Shown one piece after another: positions 1 through 10,332 of a DNA stretch of 64,000 bases (positions are counted from its first letter, which is position 1; every line of letters begins with the position of its first letter). Position numbers and translations under genes: made by a program. This DNA is from Candidatus Marinacidobacterales bacterium (GTDB lineage: Bacteria > Acidobacteriota > Vicinamibacteria > Marinacidobacterales > DATDRI01). The stretch is taken from NCBI GenBank assembly GCA_965219415.1, contig CBDCNP010000002.1:5216001-5280000 (forward strand), given 5' to 3'. The notes under the pieces are model-generated. The model was not told the DNA's origin. It saw only the letters and a program-made list of their open reading frames with translations, and ran no database searches.

Positions 1-8
1 TTCGATCC

Positions 9-833
9 TTGGTAGATGCGCTCGAGCATGACCCATCGAGGCGTTGGTGCGAAGAGGATGTCGTGGCGAGGGGGTTGGATCCGTCCACGGTGCGACGTGT
101 TTTCAAGCGGCACTTCGGCATCACATTTCTGGAGATGGCGCGCCTTCGACGTGTCCGCAACGGTGCGTCGAAACTCTCTGAGGGCGCGCGTGTCCTGGAC
201 GCGCAGTTTGACGCCGGGTTTGAATCCGGCAGTGGTTTTCGCGCCGCCTTTGCAAGAATTCTTGGTCGCGCACCTTCAGAACTCAAGAATGGGTCGGGCT
301 TGAAGGCCGATTGGTTGGAAACTCCTTTGGGCGCGATGATCGCGGTGGCTGATGCGCATGCGCTAAACCTGTTGGAGTTTTTCGATCGCAAGGGGTTGCC
401 CAGCGGGTTAAAGCGACTCCAAGCAAAACGAGGCGCAATCGGTATCGGTCGTTACCCCGCAACTCAGCAGATCGCATCTGAACTCGATGACTATTTCAGT
501 GGCCGCTTCACTGGATTCGAGACACCCATTGCTCAGCTGGGCAGCGACTTTACACGCAGTGTCTGGAGCGCGCTGCGCGAGATTCCATGGGGCCAAACAC
601 GAAGCTACGGCGATATCGCAAAGCTGGTTGGGAGACCAACCGCGAGTCGCGCCGTTGCACGCGCCAACGGTGCCAATCAAATTGCCATCGTGATTCCTTG
701 CCACCGCGTTATCGGCGCCGACGGGTCACTTACTGGTTACGGCGGTGGGCGCTGGCGTAAGCAATGGTTGATCGATCACGAGCGCAAGCGCGCAAAACAA
801 CAAATCACTGAGCGGAGTGAACGCTACAGATGA
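9..833 (+). CDS. ada: Bifunctional AraC-type regulator / methylated-DNA-protein-cysteine methyltransferase (Ada-like), 5' part probably outside the window
   Basis: AraC-like HTH region (AQFDAGFESGSGFRAAF) followed by an Ogt domain with the IPCHRV active-site motif and GYGGG. Confidence 0.88.
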   Translation: MVDALEHDPSRRWCEEDVVARGLDPSTVRRVFKRHFGITFLEMARLRRVRNGASKLSEGARVLDAQFDAGFESGSGFRAAFARILGRAPSELKNGSGLKADWLETPLGAMIAVADAHALNLLEFFDRKGLPSGLKRLQAKRGAIGIGRYPATQQIASELDDYFSGRFTGFETPIAQLGSDFTRSVWSALREIPWGQTRSYGDIAKLVGRPTASRAVARANGANQIAIVIPCHRVIGADGSLTGYGGGRWRKQWLIDHERKRAKQQITERSERYR

Positions 834-834
834 A

Positions 835-995
835 CGCCAAAACGTCCCGTTGCCACTATCCACCTAGCCAGGCGGTCCTCAGATCGTGGCGAGCGCCAAA
901 ATGTGGCGTTGCTACGATGGAGTTAACCCGGCGCCCCTTAAATCCTGACGACCGCCAAAATATGCCGTTGCTACTATCCACTTGGCCAGACGGTG
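835..995. repeat. Three tandem degenerate copies (59-bp period) of the intergenic repeat family
   Basis: CGCCAAAA..GTTGC.AC.AT..A..T..CC.G.CG units start at 835, 894 and 953. Confidence 0.8.
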
Positions 996-1038
996 GTTCG
1001 CAACCCCCGCATGTATGCTAAAGTTGGGGATTGGGAAA

Positions 1039-1851
1039 ATGAGTCTCGCCGAAGTAGAAAAAGTCGTTCGCAAAGGCTCCATCGAGGACGAGCTGCTCCA
1101 CCGGATCGATTTCGAGCGCCTACCCGCCCACGTTGCCATCATCATGGATGGCAACGGTCGCTGGGCGCAAGGACGCAGCCTTCCCCGCGTGGAAGGCCAC
1201 CGTGCGGGCATCGCGTCCGTGAGAGAAGCCGTGGAAACTTGCGCGCGGATGGATATTCAAGTCCTCACCCTCTACGCATTCTCCCAAGAGAATTGGAAAC
1301 GCCCCAAGAGAGAAGTCGATACGCTGATGAAGCTACTCAAGCGTTATCTGGGGCTCGAGCTTTCCGCCCTCGAGAAGAACAACATTCGCTTCCAAGTGAT
1401 CGGCCGGCTCAACGAGCTCCCAGACGACGTCGTATCGGCGCTCGAGACCGGAATGGAAAGAACACACGACAACACCGGCCTCGTGTTCAACATCGCTCTC
1501 AACTACGGAGGGCGAGCGGAGATCGTGGACGCCTGTCGCTCGCTGATCCGCGAAGCGTTGGAGCAAAACTCACGTTCCGGCACACCGCTCAACATCGACG
1601 AGCAGATGCTCTCGGAGCACATGTACACCGCCGGCATGCCAGATCCAGATCTATTGATCCGAACGAGTGGTGAGCTGCGGGTTTCCAACTTTCTACTCTG
1701 GCAGATTGCCTACGCCGAAATCTGGGTCACCGATACCTTGTGGCCCGACTTCCGGAAGAGGGACCTCTTCGAAGCCATCTTCGAATTCCAGAAACGCGAT
1801 CGTCGCTATGGCGGCATCCACGTCCTGTCTCCCAAACGAAGCTACGCCTGA
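1039..1851 (+). CDS. uppS: Undecaprenyl diphosphate synthase (isoprenyl transferase)
   Basis: HVAIIMDGNGRWA, YAFSQENWKRP and IRTSGELRVSNFLLWQ motifs; ATG at 1039 is the likelier start. Confidence 0.96.
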   Translation: MSLAEVEKVVRKGSIEDELLHRIDFERLPAHVAIIMDGNGRWAQGRSLPRVEGHRAGIASVREAVETCARMDIQVLTLYAFSQENWKRPKREVDTLMKLLKRYLGLELSALEKNNIRFQVIGRLNELPDDVVSALETGMERTHDNTGLVFNIALNYGGRAEIVDACRSLIREALEQNSRSGTPLNIDEQMLSEHMYTAGMPDPDLLIRTSGELRVSNFLLWQIAYAEIWVTDTLWPDFRKRDLFEAIFEFQKRDRRYGGIHVLSPKRSYA

Positions 1852-1854
1852 CGA

Positions 1855-2667
1855 ATGAGCCGGGTTGTCACCGCGCTCGTTCTCATACCTCCTCTTCTCG
1901 CCATAATTCTCTTTACGCCTGCCTGGGGACTTCTCTTGCTCGCCGAGCTTGTCGGTTTGCTCGGCGTGCGCGAGCTCTTCGTGATGGCGGGCAAAAGCGG
2001 TTACCGGGTGTTTCGTGCCCCGGCATACCTGGCGACCGTTTTGCTCGTGGCGGCTTTCTATCCACAATCGCCCGGCCCGATTTGGGTCGTCATGGCGCTT
2101 ACGATGACAGTCGGGCTGGCCGCAATGTGGCGCGGCGCTCCTAAACGGGAAACGACCGCGGAGGTGGCGATCACCATCCTCGGGCCGTTGTACGCCGGGC
2201 TCATGCTGGGTACCGTCGTCGGCTTGAGGCTGACACCACCAGAAGTCGTGGGTCGGAACTGGGTACTGTTTCTTCTCATCGTCACCATGTTGGGGGATAC
2301 CGGCGCTTATTACGTTGGACGGTCGCTGGGGAAGAGGCGGCTCGTACCGGCGCTCAGCCCAAAAAAGACCGCCGAAGGTCTAGTTGGCGGGGTGATGGTC
2401 TCGGTCGCTGCGGCGATCGTCGCCGCCCACGTGCTGCTTCCCCATGTCGGGCTTCTGCACGCGGCACTACTGGGAGTTGTGCTGGCGCTGCTGGGAGTGG
2501 CGGGGGATCTGTTTCAGTCGCTCTTGAAGCGTGGCGCGGGGGTCAAGGACTCGGGAACCCTGATGCCTGGCCATGGAGGGATCCTAGACCGGCTGGACAG
2601 CCTCTATTTCAGCGCCCCTGCCCTTCTGGCCTACATCCGCCTGACAACCACAACGAGTTTGGGGTAA
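1855..2667 (+). CDS. cdsA: Phosphatidate cytidylyltransferase
   Basis: Hydrophobic protein with SPKKTAEG and KDSGTLMPGHGGILDRLDS motifs; uppS-cdsA-dxr-rseP order. Confidence 0.95.
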   Translation: MSRVVTALVLIPPLLAIILFTPAWGLLLLAELVGLLGVRELFVMAGKSGYRVFRAPAYLATVLLVAAFYPQSPGPIWVVMALTMTVGLAAMWRGAPKRETTAEVAITILGPLYAGLMLGTVVGLRLTPPEVVGRNWVLFLLIVTMLGDTGAYYVGRSLGKRRLVPALSPKKTAEGLVGGVMVSVAAAIVAAHVLLPHVGLLHAALLGVVLALLGVAGDLFQSLLKRGAGVKDSGTLMPGHGGILDRLDSLYFSAPALLAYIRLTTTTSLG

Positions 2668-2764
2668 GCGCCCCTGTCCGCTAGAATATTGTTTGAGAGG
2701 TTTTCCTGGCCGGATGGCGCGATCCACCGCGGCTCAGCGACAATAATGTAGGAGACGCTTTCCT

Positions 2765-3919
2765 TTGAAGGGCATCGCTATTCTCGGCTCCACCGGTTCC
2801 ATCGGGATCAACACCCTGCGGGTCGTCGAGCGACTCGCCGATCGGTTCTCGGTGGTGGGACTGTCCGCCGGGACTCGGGTCGAGGAGCTGTCGGAGCAGG
2901 TTACACGCTTCCGGCCGAAAGTCGTCTCGATCCGAGACGAGCACGATGCGGCTGGGTTGAGAACGCGTTTCGGAGACGTCGCGGTTGGCAGCGGGATTCA
3001 AGGGATGGTAGATGTCGCCACGCATCCGGAAGTGGATCTCGTCGTTTCCGCGACGGTGGGTGCGATTGGTCTAGTGCCCACGCTGCGCGCTCTCGAGGCC
3101 GGCAAAACCGTCGCCCTGGCGAACAAAGAAACGTTAGTCGTTGCCGGGGAGATCATGACGAGAGCGCTTGCTAACTCTGGTGCCGTGCTTCTCCCGGTAG
3201 ATAGCGAGCACAACGCGATCCATCAATGCTTGGCCGGGCGCGAAGACACCGTGCACCGCATCTGGCTTACCGCTTCCGGTGGCCCTTTCCGGCGCGCGAG
3301 TCTCGAAGAGATGCGGCGAGCCGGTCCCGTGGATGCACTCAAACATCCGACGTGGGAAATGGGGCCCAAGATCAGTATCGACTCTGCAACGATGATGAAC
3401 AAGGGATTCGAGGTCATCGAAGCCCGTTGGCTCTTCGGTTTGGCGCCGTCGCAAGTCCGCATCGTTGTACATCCGCAATCAACGATCCACTCGATGGTCG
3501 AGTTCGAAGACGGATCATTGCTCGCGCAGCTCGGGGTGACCGACATGAGGCTACCGATCCAATACGCGCTGACATACCCGGAGCGTTTAACCAGCGACCT
3601 CCCGCCGCTCGATCTGGATCAACCGATGTCGCTGGAGTTCCATCCTCCGGACCTGGAGCGTTTTCCTTGCGTGCGGTTGGCCTACCAGGCCATCGAGACC
3701 GGTGGCACCGCGCCGGCGGTTCTCAATGCCGCCAACGAAATAGCGGTGGCCGCCTACCTCGAAGAGCGCATCGGTTTTCTTCAGATACCCGAGATACTGG
3801 GCGAGACTCTGAGCCGCCACCACCGTGAGGACGCCAGCGATTTGGACACCGTATTGGATGCCGACGAGTGGGCAAGGGAAGAAGCGCGACGGCTCGTCGC
3901 TGCGCCAGCGTTGAGCTAG
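2765..3919 (+). CDS. dxr: 1-deoxy-D-xylulose 5-phosphate reductoisomerase
   Basis: ILGSTGSIG, LANKE, LPVDSEH, HPTWEMGPKISIDSATMMNKG motifs; TTG start with SD AGGAG. Confidence 0.97.
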   Translation: MKGIAILGSTGSIGINTLRVVERLADRFSVVGLSAGTRVEELSEQVTRFRPKVVSIRDEHDAAGLRTRFGDVAVGSGIQGMVDVATHPEVDLVVSATVGAIGLVPTLRALEAGKTVALANKETLVVAGEIMTRALANSGAVLLPVDSEHNAIHQCLAGREDTVHRIWLTASGGPFRRASLEEMRRAGPVDALKHPTWEMGPKISIDSATMMNKGFEVIEARWLFGLAPSQVRIVVHPQSTIHSMVEFEDGSLLAQLGVTDMRLPIQYALTYPERLTSDLPPLDLDQPMSLEFHPPDLERFPCVRLAYQAIETGGTAPAVLNAANEIAVAAYLEERIGFLQIPEILGETLSRHHREDASDLDTVLDADEWAREEARRLVAAPALS

Positions 3920-4039
3920 CAGGGAAACCGACCCGTTAGGGTCGGTCGGCCGGGAGGAATTGAGTAAGTGAGCAAAAGTGCTCAAGGGAACCTGGCCGTG
4001 GTTTTAGGCGCGAGCGAAGAGCGAGCCGACGCGAGTCGC

Positions 4040-4112
4040 GTGTTGGCCGCCAAATTGCGTGGTTGCTTTGACCGGAGCTAGCCAGGCGGCGGTGGGGCCC
4101 CGCGCGCACTAA
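4040..4112 (+). repeat. REP-like intergenic repeat copy
   Basis: GTGTTGGCCGCCAAA...CTAGCCAGGCGGCGGTGGGGCCCCGC, closely matching 27512-27585. Confidence 0.75.
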
Positions 4113-4129
4113 GGAATGGAGCCAGCATC

Positions 4130-5443
4130 TTGTTCTTAAGCGTAATAGCGTTCATCTTCGTTCTCGGGGTCATGATCTTCATTCATGAGCTCGGCCATTT
4201 CCTCACCGCCAAGTGGATCGGAGTCAAGGTCCATGTCTTCTCGCTCGGTTTTCCACCCAAGCTGATTGGTAGGAAGTGGGGCGACACCGAGTACCGAATC
4301 GGCATGCTCCCCTTGGGGGGCTATGTGAAGATGGCCGGGGAAAACCCTAACGAGGTCTCCGGCAATGAGGATGAGTTCTACTCGAGGACGAAGCTAGAGA
4401 GAATCGCCATCCTGACGATGGGACCGGCGATGAACATCGTCCTGACCATCTTTCTTTTCACTGTCCTCTTCATGGTTGGGATCGATCGACCGGTAGGCCT
4501 CGAGGATCCACCGGTAGTCCGCTTCGTCTCAGGAGACTCCCCGGCGGTCGCCACGGGCGTCGAGCCCGGCGACCGGATCGTCGCTATCGACGGCCAACAG
4601 GTCGATAGCTGGATGAAGGCCTTAGACACCTTCCACATCAGCCCCAACCAAACCGTGGCCCTGACCCTAGAGCGTGCCGGCCAGACCGTCGAAACCGAGC
4701 TGGCCATCGAGGCCCGCGGAGAAGAAGGGATCGGCTACACCGGCCTTTTTCCCGCGGTTCAGCCGCGCGTCGAAGGGTTGAGTGAAGGCTTCCCGGCGGA
4801 GCAGGCCGGTCTCCTCGAAGGCGACCTGATCGTCAAAGTCGACGACAAAGCCATCTTCAGCAACCAAGAGCTCATCGAGGCCATCGGAGGAAAAGAGGGA
4901 GCGCCTGTCACACTCGCGATCCTGCGGAATGGAAGCCCGCTAGAGATAACCGTCACCCCCAAGAAAGAGGGGGAGCGGTTCCTCATCGGGATCGAGCTTC
5001 CCTCCCCGTTGGCGATGCAGCAGATCAGCAATCCGGTCAAGGCTTTCGGTGCCGCGGTGACCGAATCCGCTCGCATTACCCAGCTCACCTTCGTCGTCTT
5101 GGGTCGTTTGATTCAGAGAAAGCTCTCGATGCGGCAGATGATGGGCCCCATCGGGATCGCGAGAGCCTCGGGACAGGCTGCAAGAAGCGGGGCACGCAAC
5201 CTCTTCACCCTCATGGCCGTGATCAGCCTTCAGCTCGGGATCTTCAACCTGCTACCGATTCCGGTGTTGGACGGCGGCCATATCGCGATCATCCTCTTGG
5301 AGGGCCTGGCCCGTCGCGATTTCAGTCTGCAGCTGAAGGAACGCGTCCTGCAAGTGGGCTTCGTGCTCTTGTTGCTTCTGATGGTCACGGTCATTTATGT
5401 CGACCTCAGCAAGATCGAGTCCGTGGGCCGTTTCCTCCCTTAG
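4130..5443 (+). CDS. rseP: RIP metalloprotease RseP (site-2 protease, two PDZ domains)
   Basis: HELGH zinc motif, GGYVKM, two PDZ-like segments, NLLPIPVLDGGH. Confidence 0.96.
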   Translation: MFLSVIAFIFVLGVMIFIHELGHFLTAKWIGVKVHVFSLGFPPKLIGRKWGDTEYRIGMLPLGGYVKMAGENPNEVSGNEDEFYSRTKLERIAILTMGPAMNIVLTIFLFTVLFMVGIDRPVGLEDPPVVRFVSGDSPAVATGVEPGDRIVAIDGQQVDSWMKALDTFHISPNQTVALTLERAGQTVETELAIEARGEEGIGYTGLFPAVQPRVEGLSEGFPAEQAGLLEGDLIVKVDDKAIFSNQELIEAIGGKEGAPVTLAILRNGSPLEITVTPKKEGERFLIGIELPSPLAMQQISNPVKAFGAAVTESARITQLTFVVLGRLIQRKLSMRQMMGPIGIARASGQAARSGARNLFTLMAVISLQLGIFNLLPIPVLDGGHIAIILLEGLARRDFSLQLKERVLQVGFVLLLLLMVTVIYVDLSKIESVGRFLP

Positions 5444-5502
5444 TGAGACTGATAGCTGACCGACTACTGATTATTTCCCGTCCACTCGATAAGGAAGGTT
5501 GT

Positions 5503-6615
5503 GTGAACGTAGAAACGATTGAGATCCAAGAACTGAAGCTGGATCTACTCTTCCCCTTCGAGACCAGCTTCGCCCGCGTCGACTACCAGCACTTCTTGGT
5601 CCTGAAAGTCAGGGTGGACGGAGTCGTCGGCTGGAGCGAATGCGTGGCCGACGATGCGCCGAGCTATTCTTCCGAGACCATTCGCACTGCCTGGCACGTC
5701 ATCGAGGATTTCATCGCTCCGGCGGTCTTCCAACGAGAATTCGCGCACCCTCAGGAGATCGTCCCCTCCCTAGATTTGGTTCGGGGACACAACATGGCGA
5801 AGGCCGCGGTGGAGATGGCGTGTTGGGACGCCTACTCGCGCCAGCGGGGGGAGCCGCTTTCCAAAGCGCTCGGAGGTACGAGAGCCGAGATCGAGTCGGG
5901 AGTGTCAATCGGAATCCAGAAAAGTGTGGGTCAATTGCTGGAGAAGATAGAGACCGAATTGGCCTGCGGCTATCGACGGATCAAGGTCAAGGTCAAGCCG
6001 GGCTGGGATCGTGATGTCGTAGCCGCCATCCGGGAAAGATTTCCCGACACTCCCCTCATGATCGATGCGAATTCCGCGTACACGCTCGAAGACATTCCTC
6101 TCTTCAAAGATCTCGATCAATTCGATCTCATGATGATCGAGCAGCCTTTGGCGTACGACGATATGTGGGACCACGCGAAGCTCCAACGAGAGATACGCAC
6201 TCCTATTTGTCTCGACGAATCGATCCATTCTCCGGAAGATGCCCGGAAGGCGTTCGAAATGGGCGCCTGCCGCATCATTAACATCAAGGCCGGGCGGGTC
6301 GGGGGCCTGGCCCGAGCCAAGGCAATTCACGACATTGCGGCGTCTCAAGGGGCCGCGGTCTGGTGCGGGGGGATGCTGGAAAGTGGAATCGGGCGGGCAC
6401 ACAACGTCCACCTTTCCACCCTCGAGAACTTCGCTCTGCCTGGCGACGTGTCCGACAGCAAGCGCTATTTCAAAGAGGAAGTCATCGAGCCGCGAGTGGA
6501 AGTTAGATCCGACGGCACGATCGCCGTCCCCACCGAGGCCGGCATCGGCTACCGGGTGTTGGAGGATCGCATCCAACGACACTCTTTGAATTCTGCCGTG
6601 CTGAAACGAGCCTAG
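5503..6615 (+). CDS. menC: o-succinylbenzoate synthase / N-acylamino acid racemase (enolase superfamily)
   Basis: RIKVKVKPGWD, IDANSAY, IEQPL, LDESI, WCGGMLESGIGRAHN; GTG at 5503 follows SD AAGGAAGG. No other men genes nearby, so a racemase role is possible. Confidence 0.85.
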   Translation: MNVETIEIQELKLDLLFPFETSFARVDYQHFLVLKVRVDGVVGWSECVADDAPSYSSETIRTAWHVIEDFIAPAVFQREFAHPQEIVPSLDLVRGHNMAKAAVEMACWDAYSRQRGEPLSKALGGTRAEIESGVSIGIQKSVGQLLEKIETELACGYRRIKVKVKPGWDRDVVAAIRERFPDTPLMIDANSAYTLEDIPLFKDLDQFDLMMIEQPLAYDDMWDHAKLQREIRTPICLDESIHSPEDARKAFEMGACRIINIKAGRVGGLARAKAIHDIAASQGAAVWCGGMLESGIGRAHNVHLSTLENFALPGDVSDSKRYFKEEVIEPRVEVRSDGTIAVPTEAGIGYRVLEDRIQRHSLNSAVLKRA

Positions 6616-6639
6616 CAGGGTGCTAAAAGTTCGATGGCG

Positions 6640-6845
6640 GGAAGCCGAGCAAGAGCCGTCAGCTGTCCCGCAGCCGCCGCGGGCCGCAGCGCGAGCCTGT
6701 CGACCGGAGCGAGCCAGGCGGCGGTGGGGCCCCGCAGCACTGATGGAGGAGCGAGGCGCCGAGCGCGCGGACGTAGCCATGAGCTCATGCGCAGTCGACG
6801 AAGCATGAGGCGTGGGCGTGGGGCCGCGCGCCATTCATCGATGAC
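6640..6845 (+). repeat. Composite REP/BIME-like intergenic repeat
   Basis: GAGCGAGCCAGGCGGCGGTGGGGCCCCGC and AGCATGAGGCGTGGGCGTGGGGCC cores; CAGCTGTCCCG module also present inverted at 21415-21434 and 24716-24733. Confidence 0.7.
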
Positions 6846-6869
6846 TGAGCGCGCATCGAGGCACTAGAA

Positions 6870-7961
6870 ATGCCTAGCTGTCACGCCGCGGTCATACCCG
6901 CTCCCGGTGTCCCGCCGGAGACGACAGAAATCACCATCCCCGATCTGGTACCAGGAGCGATTCTCCTACGAACGATCGCCAGTGAGGTCTGCGGCACCGA
7001 CGTCCACCTGTATCACGGCCGCCTGGACGGTGTTCCCTATCCCCTAATCCCCGGCCATATCTCGATCGGGCGCGTCGAGGAGACGATCTCTGAAGTGCAA
7101 GACGCCGAGGGCACCCCTGTCCGCCCCGGGGACACCGTCGTGTTCTATGACGTCATCGGCGCTTGTGGGGCCTGCTACGCCTGCACGGTCGCCGCGGCAC
7201 CGACGCGCTGTCCACACCGACGGGTGTACGGCATCACATTGCCCGGTGACAAGCCGTCGGGTGGTTGGTCGACCCACATCTACCTGGAGCCGGGAACCAA
7301 AATCCTCAAGCTGACCGCGGGGCTATCGGTCGAAGACTACATGGGCGGGGGATGCGGTCTCCACACCGGCTACCGAGCCGTCGACCGGGCGGACATCGAA
7401 ATCGGGTCTTCGGTCTTGGTCATGGGCGCGGGACCGGTGGGACTCTCCGCCGCCGCGTTCGCACGTTTGGCGGGTGCGGGACGGGTTCTGGTCACCGGAG
7501 CCCCGGAAGCTCGACTCGAAGCAGCCCGTCAGATGGAGGCGGACGCCACGATGGATATCACTGGCTCCGAAAAACGGGACCGGGTCGCATGGTCGCGCGA
7601 TCAAACGGAAGGCCGGGGTCCAGACGTCGTGATCGAAGCGGCGGGCCGACCGGAGGCGGTCGTCGAGGCGTTCGAGATCGTGCGGGAGGCCGGTACCGTC
7701 GTCGTCGCAGGACAGTACACGGACGCGGGGGATGCGGTCTTCAATCCTCACCATCACCTGAACCGCAAACAGCTCGACGTTCGGGGTTGCTTCGGGTTCG
7801 AGTTCCGGCATTTTTACCGGGCCACCCGCTCGCTCACGTCGGTCGCCAAGCGCTTCCCGTGGAGAGATCTCATCACCCGGGAGTACTCACTCTCAGAAGC
7901 GGCTCAGGCTTTGGAAGACGTGGCTTCACTCAAGGTGGTCAAGGCATTGATACGTCCCTGA
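6870..7961 (+). CDS. Zinc-binding alcohol dehydrogenase (MDR family)
   Basis: VCGTDVH, structural Zn motif CGACYAC...C, Rossmann GAGPVG. Confidence 0.9.
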   Translation: MPSCHAAVIPAPGVPPETTEITIPDLVPGAILLRTIASEVCGTDVHLYHGRLDGVPYPLIPGHISIGRVEETISEVQDAEGTPVRPGDTVVFYDVIGACGACYACTVAAAPTRCPHRRVYGITLPGDKPSGGWSTHIYLEPGTKILKLTAGLSVEDYMGGGCGLHTGYRAVDRADIEIGSSVLVMGAGPVGLSAAAFARLAGAGRVLVTGAPEARLEAARQMEADATMDITGSEKRDRVAWSRDQTEGRGPDVVIEAAGRPEAVVEAFEIVREAGTVVVAGQYTDAGDAVFNPHHHLNRKQLDVRGCFGFEFRHFYRATRSLTSVAKRFPWRDLITREYSLSEAAQALEDVASLKVVKALIRP

Positions 7962-8251
7962 AGGACATGCCCATGCCACGCCCTACGACCGGATGACCGC
8001 CCCGCTCGCTGGGCGCGACCAACACCCGACTCGAATCCCTGCTGCGCACTTTGCAGGAGATTCGGCAACAAACAGGCTTCCCGCTGACGTCGCCCAAGGC
8101 TCTCGAAACGCTTCCGCCGCCGAGCCTGGAAGAACTCGAGGCTCGCTACCGGTGGACCCGGCGGGCAAGAGGCAAGTCTTCCTCAAGAACAACGAAGAAT
8201 AACCGCCCTCGGAGACGCTCCCGCACTTCGGGATATAATCCCCCACTACGA

Positions 8252-10324
8252 ATGAGCTGCCGTCTCAGCATTTTGCTCAGCGCTTCGCTGGCTAGTGGTT
8301 GCGCATCGCTCGACTACACCGAGCTCCGCCCCGACCAGAAATTCGCTCGCCTGATGATGCTGGAAGACGAACGCTCCCTAGGCGCGGGGGAGATCGTCAC
8401 CCGACTGAGCGACCCTAGCCCTCGGATTAGGCTTCGCGCCGTTCTCGCCCTCGGCCGGATCGGTTCGCCAGCCGGAGAACCGCATTTGGTCGCCAAGCTA
8501 TCGGACTCCGATTCCGATCTGCGAGCGGTCGCGGCTTTTTCGTTGGGGCTTCTCGACGGAGCTCTCTCCGACGAGGCCTCGGCAGCGCTTGAGAAGGCCT
8601 TGTCCGACGAAGACGCCGAGGTCCGAGGCCGCGCGGCAGAGGCCCTCGGTCGAAAAGGACCCGATCCCGTGGCCGTTCAGATCGGTGCCGGACTTAGAGA
8701 CCGACTCCCACGCGGAACCCCCCTCCATTGGGGAGAGGACATCGAGCGGTCCCATCCGAAGATGCCTCATCCGGACCTCCGACTCGGCCTGTTTGCTCTC
8801 GCACAGAAGAACAATCTCCGATCGGCGTGGAGCATCTTGGCTACCGAGCAAAGTCAGCCTCGCTTCATCTGGTGGCCAGCGGCTTGGTCGAGCGCGTACT
8901 TCAGGGCCGAGGAGCTCGCACCGCTTCTACTTCATTATTCAGGCTCGAACGACCCCTACTTGCGAGCGCTGGGAGCACGAGGGCTGGCGAGACTTCCGCG
9001 CGAGCAATCGGATCGGGCCATCGTCCAGCTCCTTACCGACCCCGACGAAAAAGTCAGGATCGAGGCGGTCCGCGCGGCGGCGACGTTGGGTCTCAGCCAT
9101 ACCGTGCCTCGCCTAATCAAGCTCCTGTCGGAGGACACCACCTTCGTGAAAGTGGAGGCGATCCGGGCGTTGGCAACCTTGCCGGATCCGCGAGCCGCCG
9201 ATCCGCTCATCTACCAAATGTCGGACCCCAATCCGTGGCTCCGGGCGGCAGCGCTCCGGGCGGTCGCCTTTCAGGACCGTCCAAGCTTCTGGCTCCTTCT
9301 GTCAGGGATGGACCCCGATGGTGACTGGAGCGTGCGGGCCGATTTGGCTAGCCTACTCGGGCAAATCGGGGGAGACCGAGCTACGTCTCTGCTCAAACAG
9401 ATGGTTGACGATCGAGACTTCCGAGTGCGTCCGGCTGCCCTCGACGCCCTCGTCCTCGCCTCTCCTTCCGAGGCGGGTCCGATCCTCTTGGAACACCTCA
9501 AGAGCGAGGATCCCTTCGAGCGAGCCGCCGCTGCCAACGGCCTCGGCGAACTCCGTCCGGAAGGCGGCGTCGCTCGACTCCTCGCCGCCCTCGAAGCCTC
9601 GCTCCCGGAGGACGTATCCGATCCGGGTCTCGCCATCCTGACTGCTCTGGAACACTATGGGACCGATGCCCTCAAGCCGGGCGCGCAGTTGGCGGTCCAA
9701 GATCGCTCCTGGCTCGTTCGCAAACGCGCCGCCGAAGTTCTAAGACGCCTTGGCGATACGACCGCTCGCGCGGAGGCTCTGGAGACCGGCCGAAACCTCT
9801 ATGACTACCTAGACCTGCTCAGCCCGCCCTACACGCCTCACGCCTTCATCCGCACCGAAAAGGGGATCATCGAGGTCGAGCTTTTCATCATCGACGCACC
9901 GGTCACCGTTGCCAACTTCATGAAGCTGGCCCGTGAGGGCTTCTACAACGGCCTGAGCATCGACCGAGTTGTCCCGAACTTCCTCATCGAGGGGGGCGAC
10001 CCAAGAGGCGATGGACACGGCGGCCCGGGTTATACCGTGCGTTCCGAAGTCAACCGCCGGCCTTTCCTGAGAGGAACGTTGGGAATGGCACTCCCGGGTG
10101 GCAAGGACACCGCGGGTAGCCAGTTCTTCATCACCCACCTCCCGCAACCTCAACTCGCGGGGACCTACACCGCCTTTGGGCAGGTCATCAAAGGGATGGA
10201 CCTGGTGGACCGATTGGTGCGGGGCGACGTCATTCAGAAGGTGGTGATCTGGGACGGCGTCACGGCCCCTTCTGGCCCGACGACCAGCGCCGGCCGGCTC
10301 CCATCAATCAATTCTGTCTTCTAG
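8252..10324 (+). CDS. HEAT-repeat lipoprotein with C-terminal cyclophilin-type peptidyl-prolyl isomerase
   Basis: Lipobox LASGC after the ATG at 8252, many HEAT-like repeats, then APVTVANF..GFYNGL..RVVPNFLIEGGDP..GSQFFITH. Confidence 0.88.
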   Translation: MSCRLSILLSASLASGCASLDYTELRPDQKFARLMMLEDERSLGAGEIVTRLSDPSPRIRLRAVLALGRIGSPAGEPHLVAKLSDSDSDLRAVAAFSLGLLDGALSDEASAALEKALSDEDAEVRGRAAEALGRKGPDPVAVQIGAGLRDRLPRGTPLHWGEDIERSHPKMPHPDLRLGLFALAQKNNLRSAWSILATEQSQPRFIWWPAAWSSAYFRAEELAPLLLHYSGSNDPYLRALGARGLARLPREQSDRAIVQLLTDPDEKVRIEAVRAAATLGLSHTVPRLIKLLSEDTTFVKVEAIRALATLPDPRAADPLIYQMSDPNPWLRAAALRAVAFQDRPSFWLLLSGMDPDGDWSVRADLASLLGQIGGDRATSLLKQMVDDRDFRVRPAALDALVLASPSEAGPILLEHLKSEDPFERAAAANGLGELRPEGGVARLLAALEASLPEDVSDPGLAILTALEHYGTDALKPGAQLAVQDRSWLVRKRAAEVLRRLGDTTARAEALETGRNLYDYLDLLSPPYTPHAFIRTEKGIIEVELFIIDAPVTVANFMKLAREGFYNGLSIDRVVPNFLIEGGDPRGDGHGGPGYTVRSEVNRRPFLRGTLGMALPGGKDTAGSQFFITHLPQPQLAGTYTAFGQVIKGMDLVDRLVRGDVIQKVVIWDGVTAPSGPTTSAGRLPSINSVF

Positions 10325-10332
10325 TCTCGTTC

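Noticed and set aside
835-995. Mini CRISPR array
   Set aside because: Units are degenerate, linkers are only about 18 bp, no cas genes are present, and the unit belongs to a dispersed repeat family.
7965-8251. Extended N-terminus of the 757-aa ORF or a separate small gene
   Set aside because: A lipoprotein signal and a -10 box point to the ATG at 8252; the upstream frames show no recognisable motif.
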